From assembly GCF_964204645.1 (NCBI RefSeq), contig NC_134031.1, forward strand, positions 14,867,807 to 14,931,806: a stretch of 64,000 bases of DNA, in the 5' to 3' direction. Below the pieces are notes generated by a model. It made no database searches and was not told the origin of the DNA. It saw only the letters and a list, made by a program, of their open reading frames with translations. Source of the stretch: Tubulanus polymorphus. Lineage: Eukaryota; Animalia; Nemertea. Positions within the stretch are counted from its first letter, which is position 1, and each line of letters opens with the position of its first letter. Of this stretch, positions 44,836 to 58,500 are shown one piece after another. Made by a program: the position numbers and the translations under genes.

Positions 44836-45630
44836 ATAATAAGACTGAACCTGACACCCCTCCGTGTGGCGGGTTTCCTAATAAAACTGAACCTGACACC
44901 CCTCCATGTGGCGGGTTTCATAATAAGACTGAACCTGACACCCCTCCATGTGGCGGGTTTCATAATAAGACTGAACCCGACACCCCTCCGTGTGGCGGGT
45001 TTCATAATAAGACTGAACCCGACACCCCTCCGTGTGGCGGGTTTCATAATAAGACTGAACCCGACACCCTTCCGTGTGGCGGGTTTCATAATAAGACTGA
45101 ACCTGACACCCCTCCGTGTGGCGGGTTTTATAATAAGACGGAACCGGACACCCCTCCGTGTGGCGGGTTTCATAATAAGACTGAACCCGACACCCCTCCG
45201 TGTGGCGGGTTTTATAATAAGACTGAACCTGACATCCCTCCGTGTGGCGGGTTTTATAATAAGACGGAACCGGACACCCCTCCGTGTGGCGGGTTTTATA
45301 ATAAGACTGAACCTGACACCCCACCGTGTGGCGGGTTTCATAATAAGACTGAACCTGACACCCCTCCGTGTGGCGGGTTTTATAATAAGACTGAACCTGA
45401 CACCCCCTGTCTCACGGTTTTCGATAAGACTTAGCCTGACACCCCTCCATGTCGCAGTTTTATAATAAGACTGAACCAGACACCCCCTGCCTCACGGTTT
45501 TCGATTAGACTTAGCCTGACACCCCTCCATGTCGCAGGTTTTATAATAAGACTGAACCGGACACCCCCTGTCTCACGGTTTTCGATAAGACTTAGCCTGA
45601 CGCCCCTAAGGGTCGTGGGTTTCATAACAT
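44836..45630. repeat. 42-bp minisatellite abutting the SUCO stop codon (3' UTR side)
   Basis: (ATAATAAGACTGAACCTGACACCCCTCCGTGTGGCGGGTTTC) about 19 copies. Confidence 0.95.
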
Positions 45631-46566
45631 CTACCGCAATTGATAAGGCAGCGATGAATCATCTTTATAATTGTATTGTTTATGATTTATATTATTACTA
45701 TTATTATTATTATTATTATTATTATTGATCACTAGGGGGCGCCTGTGTTTGACGCCCGCACTGCCCCGGTACCCGTTATAATCGCTCTGACTGCAAAAAT
45801 TCAAGTCGTTCAGTTGTTTCCGCGGCATCCGAGGAGAATTTGACGGCAAGGAATTCGTCGTTTTACGTTGAGACAGAGTTCCACCACCGGGGGCGCCACT
45901 GGTCGGGTTACGTTGAGACGTTCCACCACCGAGCGCGCCACTGGTCGGGTTACGTTGAGACGTTGTTCCACCACCGGGGGCGCTACTGATCGGGTTGCGT
46001 TGAGACGTTGTTCCACCACCGGGGGCGCCACTGGTCGGGAATGTATCGAACGGATCGAGGAATGCATCCGGATCCCAGTCCGTCGTATGTGATTTACGCG
46101 CCAAATCAAACTTTTTATCCCAGTCTTTTTTCTTGTTGTACCGAGCGTAATTCTGCCGAGCTGGGCCCGCGCCCCGGTGAGGACCGATATTATCGATATT
46201 TGAAACATTCCCGTTAATTTGAACTGAATGATTTTTACGAGGTTGTTTCGATTGTTGCGGATATCTATGGACAGTTTCTGCGGCAGATCTGTATCCGGTT
46301 TGTAGTGTATCCCCGCTCTGACCGCTGATTGAGCTGCTATCGTTCTCGAACACCGGTAACATTTCTCCGGTGCTGTATGATTTCTGTAAACCGTGATTCC
46401 AATGCTGTTGCCGCGACAACCAACTGTCGTGCTGTTGTGTTCCGAATAAAAGTCCGGCCGAAACGACGCTGGAATTTGTAGCCGATTTCGATCCGCCGGA
46501 ACCGCTGTTTAGTTTATTTGACGAACGTTTTCTTTTCTTTTTCTTCTTCTCGACGAGAGCGGGCTC
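45631..46566 (-). CDS. SUCO: SUCO terminal exon
   Basis: [14 protein letters not shown]... open to TAG. Confidence 0.88.
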   Translation of the reverse strand, partial: EPALVEKKKKKRKRSSNKLNSGSGGSKSATNSSVVSAGLLFGTQQHDSWLSRQQHWNHGLQKSYSTGEMLPVFENDSSSISGQSGDTLQTGYRSAAETVHRYPQQSKQPRKNHSVQINGNVSNIDNIGPHRGAGPARQNYARYNKKKDWDKKFDLARKSHTTDWDPDAFLDPFDTFPTSGAPGGGTTSQRNPISSAPGGGTTSQRNPTSGALGGGTSQRNPTSGAPGGGTLSQRKTTNSLPSNSPRMPRKQLNDLNFCSQSDYNGYRGSAGVKHRRPLVINNNNNNNNNSNNINHKQYNYKDDSSLPYQLR

Positions 46567-49500
46567 CTGAAATACCAAAAACAACAATTTTCAAAAAATA
46601 AATCACGAGACAGGTTTATATGGATAATTATAGATTGGATATCCTCGCTTACCAGGGCTCGGTTGCCTCCAACTAGGAATGAAACCCTGGTAAGTGGTTA
46701 ACTACATAACGTAGAAAAGGAGAGAGTTTGAGCAGCAGGGCAGGAGGGTTTGGGCAGCAGGGCTGAAGAGGGTCCGGGCAGCAGGGCTGAAGAGGTTCTG
46801 GGCAGCAGGGCAGGAGGGGGTTTGGGCAGCAGGGCTGAAGAGGGTCTGGGCAGCAGGGCTGAAGAGGTTCTGGGCAGCAGGGCAGGAGGGGGTTTGGGCA
46901 GCAGGACAAGGCGTTTTCATGATTCTAATGCAATGATCCCTTTCAAAGCTTACATTTAATACATTTATATGAAATATCACAACAAAAGTAAAAGAATAAC
47001 AAAGAAAAGGCACACAACTGATGACAGAGTGAGAAGAATGAAGGAGTGAGGGGAGGGGAGGGGGTGAGAAGAGTGAGAGGGGGTCAGAGTTTATTTACTA
47101 ACCAACGGCGTCCAGAAAAAACTTAAACTTTTCAAAAGAGCAGCATTTTAATAAAAAACAGAGCAATCACAATAAACAGAGAGCCATGAGACTAACAAAT
47201 GTGGAACTGGATCCATATTCACCCTTCCACCATGCCCCTCATCCCCTCCCCCTGAGTTTATACCTACCCGTTTCTCTGTGAGGAAGAAAGGTATACTTGG
47301 CTCCACTATATACAAGTTACTGTCACTACCTGTCATAGGAATAAATAAAAAATTTATAAATTTTTCTCACTAGCAGCTACAGCTGTAGCTCTAGCTACCA
47401 GTAGCAGCAGCAAAATAAGGAAAATAAACGTTGTAGCAGCAGAATTTAATTTAGTTTTCAGTCAAAATTAATCACAAAATGTGACTCACAAATCTCAACA
47501 GTTTCCTATAAAAAAGGCAGAGTTTCTTGGTCAAAGGATCCTCTCCGACACTGAGCGGGTTGAGGGAGACCCTGCCTGGTGCTCAACCGGTCGAGGTGAC
47601 CCTGACTGGCACTCGACTGGTCAAGGGGATCCTGACTGGCGCTCAACCAGTCGGGGATCCTGACTGGCGCTCGACTGGTCGAGGGGATCCTGACTGGCGC
47701 TCAACGGGTCGAGGGCATCCTGACTGACGCTCAACGGGTCGAGGGCATCCTGACTAGCGCTCGACTGGTCGAGGGGATCCTGACTGGTGCTCAACGTGTC
47801 GAGGAGATCCTGTCTGGCGCTCAGCGTCAGAGGAGATCCTGACTGGCGCTCGACGGGTCGAAGGGATCCTGACTGGTGCTCAATGCGTCGAGGAGATCCT
47901 GTCTGGCGCTCAGCGTCAGAGGAGATCCTGAATGGCGCTCGACGGGTCGAAGGGATCCTGACTGGTGCTCAAAGTGTCGAGGAGATCCTGTCTGGCGCTC
48001 AGCGTCAGAGGAGATCCTGACTGGCGCTCGACGGGTCGAAGAGATCCTGTCTGGCGCTCAGCGGGTCGACGGAAACTCGAATGTAACTCACTATGGGTTA
48101 ATAGTTACCTGATAGTTTATTATTGATCGATTTAGCCGGTGATTGTGTTAGCGTACTGTCCGATAAACGACGCAGAGTAACTGAACTCGGTTGTGTCGGC
48201 ATGTTCTTCAACAACTCCTGTAGCTCGGCTCGTGTCGCCCTCTGACGAGACCTCCGCACACACATAGCGATCACAAATATCAATATAAACGCTTCGATTA
48301 TCATGAAAAACAAATGACTTTCGAGGGCCTAAAAAATACACAAGCAAATATTCACAAACCGATATTACAGACAGAAATTTTTTAATTGTCTTGTAGGTAT
48401 AGAAATTTTGTCTTGACTCCAGAATCACAGAATAATTCCATTTATCCTGAGTTAGTCAACTAGAGTTCGGTGTAGGGGTAACAGCCTGGTGTGGAACCGG
48501 ATCAGTCCACTAGAGTTCGGTGTAGGGGTAACAGCCTGGCGTGGAACCGGATCAGTCCACTAGTTCGTTGTAGGGGTAACAGCCTGTGTGGAACCGGATC
48601 AGTCCACTAGAGTTCTGTGTAGGGGTAACAGCCTGGTGTGGAACCGGATCAGTCCACTAGAGTTCCGTGTAGGGGTAACAGCCTATGTGGAACCCGATCA
48701 GTCCACTAGAGTTCGGTGTAGGGGTAACAGCCTGGCGTGGAACCGGATCAGTCCACTAGAGTTCGGCGTAGGGGTAACAGCCTGTGTGAAACCGGATCAG
48801 TCTACTTGAGTTCTGTGTAGGGGTAACAGCCTGGTGTGGAACCGGATCAGTCCACTAGAGTTCGGTGTAGGGGTAACAGCCTATGTGGAACCGGATCAGT
48901 CCACTAGAGTTCGGTGTAGGGGTAACAGCCTGGCGTGGAACCGGATCAGTCCACTAGAGTTTGGCGTAGGGGTAACAGCCTGGCGTGGAACCAGATTCAT
49001 TTAGTTAGACTGTTATCCCTACACCAAACTTTAGTCTTAATTTCAGTGTAGGGATAACAGCCTGTGTCGATCAGTCCACTGTAGCAAGTGGTAGGGGTGT
49101 CGTATATATTAATTACCTGTACATACATCCGATCGATCTGTTTAGTAAGATTACCCACATTATCGTGTAACCCGTGAATCTGTGTCTGTAAAGCTGCTAT
49201 ATTCTCTTGCTGTTTTAGATCTCTCATCTCGGCCGACTGAGCCGTTTCCTGTAGTTTCTGAATCGTTTTATCAAACGATAAATGCATGTTTTCGATTTGT
49301 TTTTTGTAACGTTGGCTCAATTCGTCCAAATATCTAGAAGAAAAAAAACCAATCATAAATATTTCGTCTTTTCTTCCGACGTTCAAATGAAAGCCTAAAT
49401 CCAGCTGCAGCCATGATTTGAGTCCAAGAAATGGTCTTTAATCATAACACTGGTCTTAAGTTGTTTCAATTGTGGCTGTAGAACTTAAGTTGGTCTGAGA

Positions 49501-52500
49501 CTGGTCTTAATTACAAGTCATCACCGCTACGCAACTAAGCCTACAATTGATCCGTTATAAACCTAACAATAGTCAACCCTAAATTAAACTTCAAACCAAA
49601 ACTGTAAAACTGGACTCAGCTGACCTAGAACTAAGTTAAGGATCTATCTTTAAAATTTACCGATATATCAGGAAGCCTCAGGGCCCACTCGCAGCCTCAT
49701 GATTTAAGTGAATAGATGATTATTATCTTTTATATCGGTTTTAATCTTTAAAATCGAGTTATTTATGCTAAGGGTAGATTTGATTCAGTGTCCCAAACCC
49801 ACCACACCTGCTGGGAGCGAAAGAAAAGATGATCTTAACAGGCTCGTCGGTAGCAATTTTCAATTGCTGCGGCCAATCGCCAATTTTCGACAGGTTCTAA
49901 CATGTTGCCGGGACGAAATTTATTCACTTCAATTTCGTCAAAAACGTGATATTAACAACAAATGTTAGTCAGTAAATTGTTGCCATGGCCATCACTACTG
50001 TAGTCGCTGCACTTCCATAGCCGCTCTGGTTTAAATAATCTTATGACTGCTTTAGGAGTAAATTGTTAAATCCACTATAGTAGAACGAATGATCTCAAAT
50101 CTTATGACATAGAACTAACTTCGCATTTTTTTGGCCAAATGAATTATCGTTTAACTGGTATCAACTATAACTGGGGACCACTGTCCCGTTTAGACTGATA
50201 ACAAACCTAAGGTTCGGCAATTTGATTAATGGTTTATACATTTTTGAGGTCGTTTTGATAACGGTTTGACCCTCGTCGCTTTAGATAAATGACACCTATA
50301 ATCAAATGGACGGCTTTTACTGATAAAATACTGAACACCTTCTAATATTCTACGTATATAGAAACTACTGTGTTATCGCAAACACTATTCTACCACTGAT
50401 TCCATTACAACTCTCAATCAGTTTCTCAACGAAATTACTTTCATTGCTTGCTTGTTTTCCCTCTCCATAATGTAAATCAACCATCTTACATATTTTGTTA
50501 GTAATAAAAGTTTTTTGTGGAGAAAAAAGATCATATTATCTGATGAAAGCAGCATTTTCACGAGGTAGCGTAAATATCAGAACGGGTCAGTTGAAGTTAA
50601 CCAGTAGAAACCACCGACACCCCCATCCCCGTTTAGGGACCACAGACACCCCACGACCCCGTTTAAAAGTTATAGACTGACCTTAAGATAAAAACCCACT
50701 ATCTATTCATTGACGATGATCTCTAGGGTGAGTATATATTTTAGATTGAATAAATAAATTCTTGTTTTCAAATTCTTTTAATCTGTAGATAGTGGGATTT
50801 TATCTTATTATCCGTTCACCACGTTTGAGTGTGGTTATCGTTCTAATAGACTGACCTGTTGGTGAGAGAGAGATTTGCTTCTAAGTTTTTAATCCGATTG
50901 TTCAATCTCATGATGGCCGACTCCCGTTTGACGGGGGGTAGACTGGCGTCACTAGGCATCACTTTCTGTTGTTGGATTTTCTCTGAATCTGTCGCCGCTG
51001 CCGATGCTGCTGTCGCTGGTGTATGAACTATATTATCACCGTTGTTAACGTGATTGTTGTTAGTTTCTATGACGACATGTGTACTTTCAACGTTGTTATT
51101 TTCGACGGACTGCTGAGCGGATTGCTGTTGGTTCGGTGTCCCTGACTCATCTGTTAAAGGAGCGCGGTTTTTAATATTCTCACTAGATGTCTCTGCTGTC
51201 TGCTTATCTATGTTATTGTTCTGGTTATCAACGTTTTTATCTGAATTCAAATCGGCACCATTAAAACTTTCGACCTTGACCTTATTCGCCGCACCGTTAT
51301 CTGCATCGAGTCGAGCAGACGGATCTGATTGTTTCTCTTTCCCGTCGGTAGATGGCGCCGCTGTGTTTACCGGTTGAGCTGTATTGACCGCCCCATCGCC
51401 CGGTTTACCTTCCAGAACTTTAGGCCCGGCCGTACTTATCCCCGCGACTACGCTCGCAACTATGGTCGATTGTTGCGGCGTAGTCGTGGGCGCTGAGCGT
51501 ACTGACGATTCCGCGTTCAGATCCGTCGTCGACAGCGACGACGATAAAACCGGAGTCCGCGTAATTACAGAACAAATGCCGTCGCTGCACTGATTTACAA
51601 CAATCGCCGGCTCCCCGGTAACCGTTTCTACGGTATTATCGGCCGCGCGATCGACGTCCGTTTTTTGTGATACAGTCGGTTGTATTCTAGTAACATCCAT
51701 CCCGCTAGTGGCAACCTCCAACGGCCCGGCGGTCTCGACCAGGTTTTCCCCGATTGTTTCTCTATATCTATTCATATCGTCGATCGAAGGTAAAATCGTC
51801 TGCCCGTCGTCAACGACGACCGTTTTAGTAATTGTTGTTTTATCCGGGTGTATATCGGCGTCGGGCATCGCGGGCCCCGCCGGCACGCTAGTAGTGCCCT
51901 CTATGTCTCCGGACTCAGTCCTCGGTTTCTCCGAGCGTATTACCGCGTTACGCGTGGCTCTACACGATTTCGGCCGCCATGACGACACGGCCGACAACAG
52001 GAAGTAGTAATAAATGCACGAACGAGATCCGAAAAACGGAGTTGATTTCACCGGCTGACATCGAACTGATTCGCAAACGCTACAGCGACTAGTTAAACTG
52101 GTCGAATCAGTCGAACTGGTCGAGAGACATGCCTCTATTACAAACACTGCTATACCACCTAATGTATTACAATACAGTTCTGTATTACCTGAAAAATCAA
52201 TGATAATATAAACTTTTACTCTTAACAACAAATCAGTCTTCACAAAAAATGTACCCGACAGTTAAGCTGCTACTCACCTATATAAACAGCTTGTATATTA
52301 CCAGTAGGTATTTCTGGTAATGCTCTATTATCAGGGGGTACTATAGGGAACGGTGTCGCCCCCTGGAGACAGGGTAACTGTTTACCGTCAGCAGTACGGT
52401 TACACGTCACATTGTTATCCGTGCTCGACGAACCTGCGAATAATCAAACGTAAAAACAATGCCTAAATTAATTATATTGAGGGGCAGTTGAGGGCTCTGT

Positions 52501-55500
52501 TGTAGGAGTCTGCCGTACACTACAATGACTCTGGGGTAGATTTTTAAGAGGGCAATCTGGGAGACACTATGAAAAGATCTCTGAAAAGGATTTGGAGTGT
52601 ACAAGGATCTGACTGCCAATCTGCTGCTGCTGCTGTATGTGAACTGTCTGGTATGAAGGGAGGGGTTTATATGAACTGTCTGAAATGAGGGGAGGGGTAT
52701 ATGAAATGTCTGGAATGAGGGGTCTACATGAACTGTCTGGTATGAGGGGAGGAGTCTATGTGAGGGGGAGAGGGAGGAGAAGGGGGAATTTTTTTACCTT
52801 TACACGGATCTCTCAGCCGATCTGCTGCTGCTGCCGCTACCGTATTTGCCGAATCCGTCTGCTGCGTCGTTTCTTCGTCGGTTCCTTTTAATACTTTTTT
52901 AACGAGTTTGAACATGGCATCGGTGGCGCTAGTGAATATATTCGACGATTCTTTCTCGGTATTCACGGAGGAGGACGACGAGGAATCGGCGTCTGCTGCG
53001 AGGTGTTCGTCGTTATTCTCTCCACCGGCTACGTGCTCGTATTCATCCTCCGTGTAACTGATACCGTAAGCTCTTAACATACTCAACGGACAGAAATGTT
53101 CCTTTCCGTAATAATCAACTACTTCTATCTGCAACACGTCAAACAGAAAATCGTCAATTATTTATGGTCATGATCCGATTAGTCACTTGTTTCGTAGCTA
53201 ACGTATTGATGCACTTCGCAAAGATTTTCACAGTCTAACTCGTTCCAATTGCAATCGGATAAGTCATCACATTAATGAAGTCATCTCTATTTTCGGTTCC
53301 CAACTTATATTTTCTACTCAATTTTCGAAGAGCAAGTCATCGTTTGGATCATCCTCCCTCAGCAGGGATTCAAACCTGATGACATCGAGACTCACCACGG
53401 TACGAAACCCTGCCGCACTAGACCGAGTGCGCAGCAGATGATGTCATTATTAGCCAATCAAAAATCTGGTTTTATTTTTAGCCCGGGTTTTTCTATTTAT
53501 AGTTTATCCATGAAATTTGCTTCAGCGATAACACAATGAGCGAGCTGATTGGTGCCGCAAGTTTTCCCTGCGTTCCCTGTCAAGCAGCAAGCTTTCGGAC
53601 TGCCTTGCTGCCATCAGGTTTGAATCCCTGACGGGAGGATGTATTTGGATACGCCCTTACATTACTTAAGTTGTAATTACTTCCTATAAAAATTTCAAAT
53701 TTTTTTCGAAAAATAAGATCGTAATTCGTTCATACCTTGATGAATTTTTTGTAAAGTTCCTGTCCAGGAATCGGGAAACTCTGAATTTTTCGTTCTTCAC
53801 GAGCGTAAAACGTCCCCAGAAAATCCCACTCTTTCGTCGGGTATCTGAAAATATATCGAATTTATAAAATAATAAATATTTCAAAATTATCGTCTCAAAC
53901 TGCTGGTGCTTCTGCAGCTGCAGCTGCTACTGCTATATTTGGGTTGAATAAATACAAAATGTAGCTGTCATAATTTACGTAGACTATCTAATTTTCAAAA
54001 ATTGATGTTCAAATTTGCAGGGTTTAAGGAATTTTGAGGACCTTTTTGCCTCTGGTTCAAGGAATTTCCATCCATCAGACAAGTGTACTAGACCTAATAA
54101 TACCCCACGATCTGATCGCTATGAACCCTGGACTTGTTAAAATATTCCATTCAAGAATAAATTCAATAATATCAATAAGAATCATAATGAATTACCGTTC
54201 ACTGATGAAAACGTGGAATGATTTCGGTAGCGATGAAAACAATTCGAAATTTGCGATTTCTAGAAACTTCAGTTGAATTGGTTCACAAAGTTCAACCACA
54301 AACCTGCAATTAAACAATCATCATATAACTGACAACACTACAGCTGTGAGGGAAGATATGGTTCACCAAGAACCCATGCAACACTACAGCTGTGAGGGGA
54401 GAGGTGGTTCACCAAGAACCCATGCAACACTACAGCTGTGAGGGGAGATGTGGTTCACCAAGAACCCATGCAACACTACAGCTGTGAGGGGAGATATGGT
54501 TCACCAAGAACCCATGCAACAATCTAGCTGTTAGGGAAGAGATGGTTCACCAAGAACCCATACAATACTACAGCTGTGAGGGGACAGGTGGTTCACCAAG
54601 AACCCAGACAACACTACAGCTGTGAGGGGAGAGCTGGTTCACCAAGAACCCATACAACATTACAGCTGTGAAGAGAGGTTGGAACCGGATCCAGGACTGT
54701 GTAACTGGATCCAAGGAATGTATAACTGGGTCCACACACAGGTCAACAGATTGTCGTGGGCAAATTCAGAATAAAAACGTTCAACTAACCATTTTTTCAC
54801 ATTGCACGGGTTGATCATATATTCATCTTTATTATCGCTGAGTACGTAGCTGCCGTGTTGCGCTTCCGGGTTCGACGTTTGAATCTTAGCTCCACACGAC
54901 AGAGAGGCGTAGTTCGCGCGCATCGAGTTCGGACGCGTTTTTTTATCACCTCCGACGGACAGATGAACGATCGCATCTACACGGAATAAACAACTTCGTT
55001 GGATAAAAATGAAATCATACGTAGCATTGAGATTATAAGAGGTAAGTTGGTTAACACCTAAAGGCTCAGACACGTCCATGCCAATAGACCTATCACCCGA
55101 GACGTAATTATACACCCTCGCTATTACCGGTATTCATTTTGCCTAACGTCCACTAGATGTCACCGCTCTTCAATTCAAAACAAACATGGCAGCTCTTGGT
55201 TAAGCGGAATGTTAACCAGTGAAAATCGTGAATTTTGTGCAATCAACAGGAAACATTGGGATGATATTAAACTCGAAAAAAATTAGAAGCATTTCTTGGG
55301 ATAAAGTTGTAAACAGTTAGAGTGAATAGTATTAGTGTTTGCTAGTCCACAAATTTTTAAAGAAAAGAAAATTCTCAACATTTTCCTTGATTTCTAGATG
55401 AATAAGTGGCCACCCTGAACGAGGTCTAGAACTGACCCCTGATTTCTAGATAAAGTGGCTACCCTGAACTAGATCTAGAACTGACCGCTGATTTCTAGGT

Positions 55501-58500
55501 GGGTAAGTGGCCACCCTTAACTAGGTCTAAGACTGAGCCTTAATTTCTAGGTGCGTAAGTGGCCCCCTGAACAGTAGTTCTAGAACTTAAACCTGATTAA
55601 GTGGCCACACTGAAATAGGACTAGAACTTAACCCCAATTAAGTGGCCACCGTGAACTAGGTCTAGAACTGATCCCTGATTTCTAGGTGCGCAAGTGGCCA
55701 CCGTGAAATAGAACTGAGTCGGTGAATATTGTAATTTACCTTCTCGTTTACGTTCCTGCTCTTCAGCTATTTGTTGTTTTTTCCACTCATCAAATGAAGG
55801 TATGTCTTCTTTCTCTTGTTTCGGCAAAACGTTATTGTCAGTAGCCGGTGTGGTCGTCATGGTAACCGGTGCATCGACGACCGCTTTTTCTTCCTCCGTT
55901 TGTGGTTTAGCCTGCCCGGAGCCCGCAGCTCCCGTGCCCATGGCTACATTATTCTCAGCCGTAGAATCGGTATCAATATTTTGTCGCTGGTCTGTAGACA
56001 TCACCTGGTCTTCAGTTTTTGGTTTGTTCTCTATTTTTATTTCTCCTGAATTCAGCAGTTCATCTTTACCACTGAAAATATAAAAACAACACCGGCGTTC
56101 AGTGTGGAGTCAATATGGGACTCAGGATCCAATTCAACAGTATTCAGTGTAGTAGAGTCAATATGGGACTCAGGATTCAAATCCATAGTAATCAGTGTAG
56201 AATCAATATGGGACTCAGGAAACAGTTCCATAGCACTAAGTGTGGAATAAGGCTTTTTACAGTTTCCAGGCGCCATTTTTTTTGGGTACCCGCCGGGTCC
56301 GCATTGTTGAATTTTTTGTCCCTATTTTTCCCCCGTTTAATTTTTTTATTTCGTTTATATCTCTGGATTGGATTAAGTTAGAAACAAAGTAAAAATATCG
56401 GTGAACTCGGCTAATAATTGACTATTTTATGATATCACCCATTTATAAAGTTAATGCAACAATGCGTGCTGGTGAAGTTATAAACATTGGTATCATCTTC
56501 CCGATAATTCAACTTGAATTATTGCTCATCCCATTCAAAAGTTCGTAATTCTTACAAATTTCTATCTACATTTTCGAAGTTTTCAGGATCAATAGACATC
56601 TATATATAGTCTTATATACTTTTTACCGTTTTCAATTATCTTTATTAGTTTTTAAGTAATTGCGAGTCAAACTTCCAAAACACGTTTTCCTGGCTTCCCT
56701 GCATGCATAGTTACTGAAAATTTTGATTTTAACAAAATAGGACCGGTTAGATTAAATTTCTTGATATAAATATGCAAACGTGATACTCTAGAAAACTTTG
56801 TTTCTAACTTAATTCAATCCGGAGATATGAACGAAATAAAAAAAATAAACATACGGACAAAAAATTCAACAATGCGGACCCGGCAGGTACCCAAAAAAAT
56901 GGTGCCTGGAAACTGTAAAAAGGCTTATTGATTTGACTCTGGATCCAGCTCCACAGCCTTTAGTGAGGAATTGACTTGTGGCTCTGGATCCAGTTCCACA
57001 CTCTCAGTTTGGAGTCATCCTGAGACTTTGAATTTCAGTCAGTGCTAGGGGCAAATATTTGGAAATGAACTTTAAATCCAAATTCATATCAAAATCAAGA
57101 ACTATGAAACTAGAGCTCTGCCACAAAATCGATTAATTTGCTATGAAATTAGACCCTCTTTCGATAATTCCCGTAAAGGTTTAATGTTCAAGCATTTTTT
57201 TACTACCTTTGGTGCCGATCAGCACTCCCCCGAGGAACCGACCACAACATGCAGGGATATAAACTGGATTGAGCCAGTTGAAACCTCACAGATAGTGTTA
57301 CCAGATCAAACAACAGATTCCCTGATTGAATATGATTCAAATCTCGACCAAATCAATAATAAACTCTTTATCAGTCAGTTCTATGAACAAGGCAGCAAAT
57401 CACCTTTCTCTCTCTTAACAGATATAAGTTGTTAAAAACAACTTGAACCAGGGCACAGAAATATAGATATTTACCTATTGCATATCAAAGTCAGGGCAAA
57501 AAACTAAGTTCAACAGTTGTGAACCCAGTTCAACAATAAACCTGGTTCAACAGTTGTGAACCCAGTTTTACAGTTACAAACCCATTTCAACAGTTGTGAA
57601 CCCAGTTTTAGTTATGATTGCAGTTCAAGTTAAGAACCATGTTGAACAGTGTGTTGTGAACCCAGTTTTACAGTTATGAACCCATTTCAACAGTTGTGAA
57701 GTCATTTTTAGTTTGGAACCAAGTTCAACAGTTGTGAACCCAGTTTTACAGTTATGAATGCAGTTCAAGTTGTAAACTATGTTGAACAGTTGCGAACCCA
57801 GTTCGACGATGAACCCATTTTAACAGTTGTGAGCTCTCAGTTTTACGGTTGTGAACCCAGTCCAACAGTTCCCAGTTGATAAATATTTTACTCTGTAAAG
57901 TTAACTAATCGGAAATGATGTAATATTCAATTTTACCTTTTTGATTCTTTGTCTTTTTCATCCTTCTTTGTTTCGATGACAATAGGAGGCAGTATAATCG
58001 GTTTGTCGGGTATTTTCTGAGCGTCCGGTATTTCTGGAGATATCGACTCTGAACCCGGCTGCAGTCTGAACAAACAAAGAACAACAATTTGATAAAAAAT
58101 CAAAATGGTTTGTCCATTAATCAACGCATAAATGATACAAATTCCAAAAATTTCCCAAATAGCTACGAATTTTGATTCAGAAATTCAGATTTCACATTCT
58201 CAGAGAGTTGGAGTCTTAAATCTTTATAAATAGAAACTGCCAGTTATTATGAGAAAAAAATGGATCATCGGTTCATCAGTGATACAAGAGGAAAAAACTG
58301 AAATACAATGTATGTCATCAGTGGAAAAACTAGAACAGTTACACAAAAAACACATTTATCCTCATTCTCACCAGACACAAACAAAAAACACGGTACGCAC
58401 ACACACACACAACCCTACATCATATACAGGGAGAATCCTACATCATACACAGGACCCTTAGATCACACAGGGAGAATCCCACATCACAGGGAGAACCCAC

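Noticed and set aside
44817-45625. Long ORFs of 148-199 aa on both strands
   Set aside because: They are translations of the 42-bp minisatellite
46652-46702. Possible additional small SUCO exon with a gtaagc donor
   Set aside because: The flanking intron is phase 0, and neither candidate acceptor preserves the frame
46673-46909. Cys/Pro-rich PCCPEPL ORF resembling a cornifin or metallothionein
   Set aside because: Non-ATG start, intronic tandem repeat, and SUCO splices around it in frame
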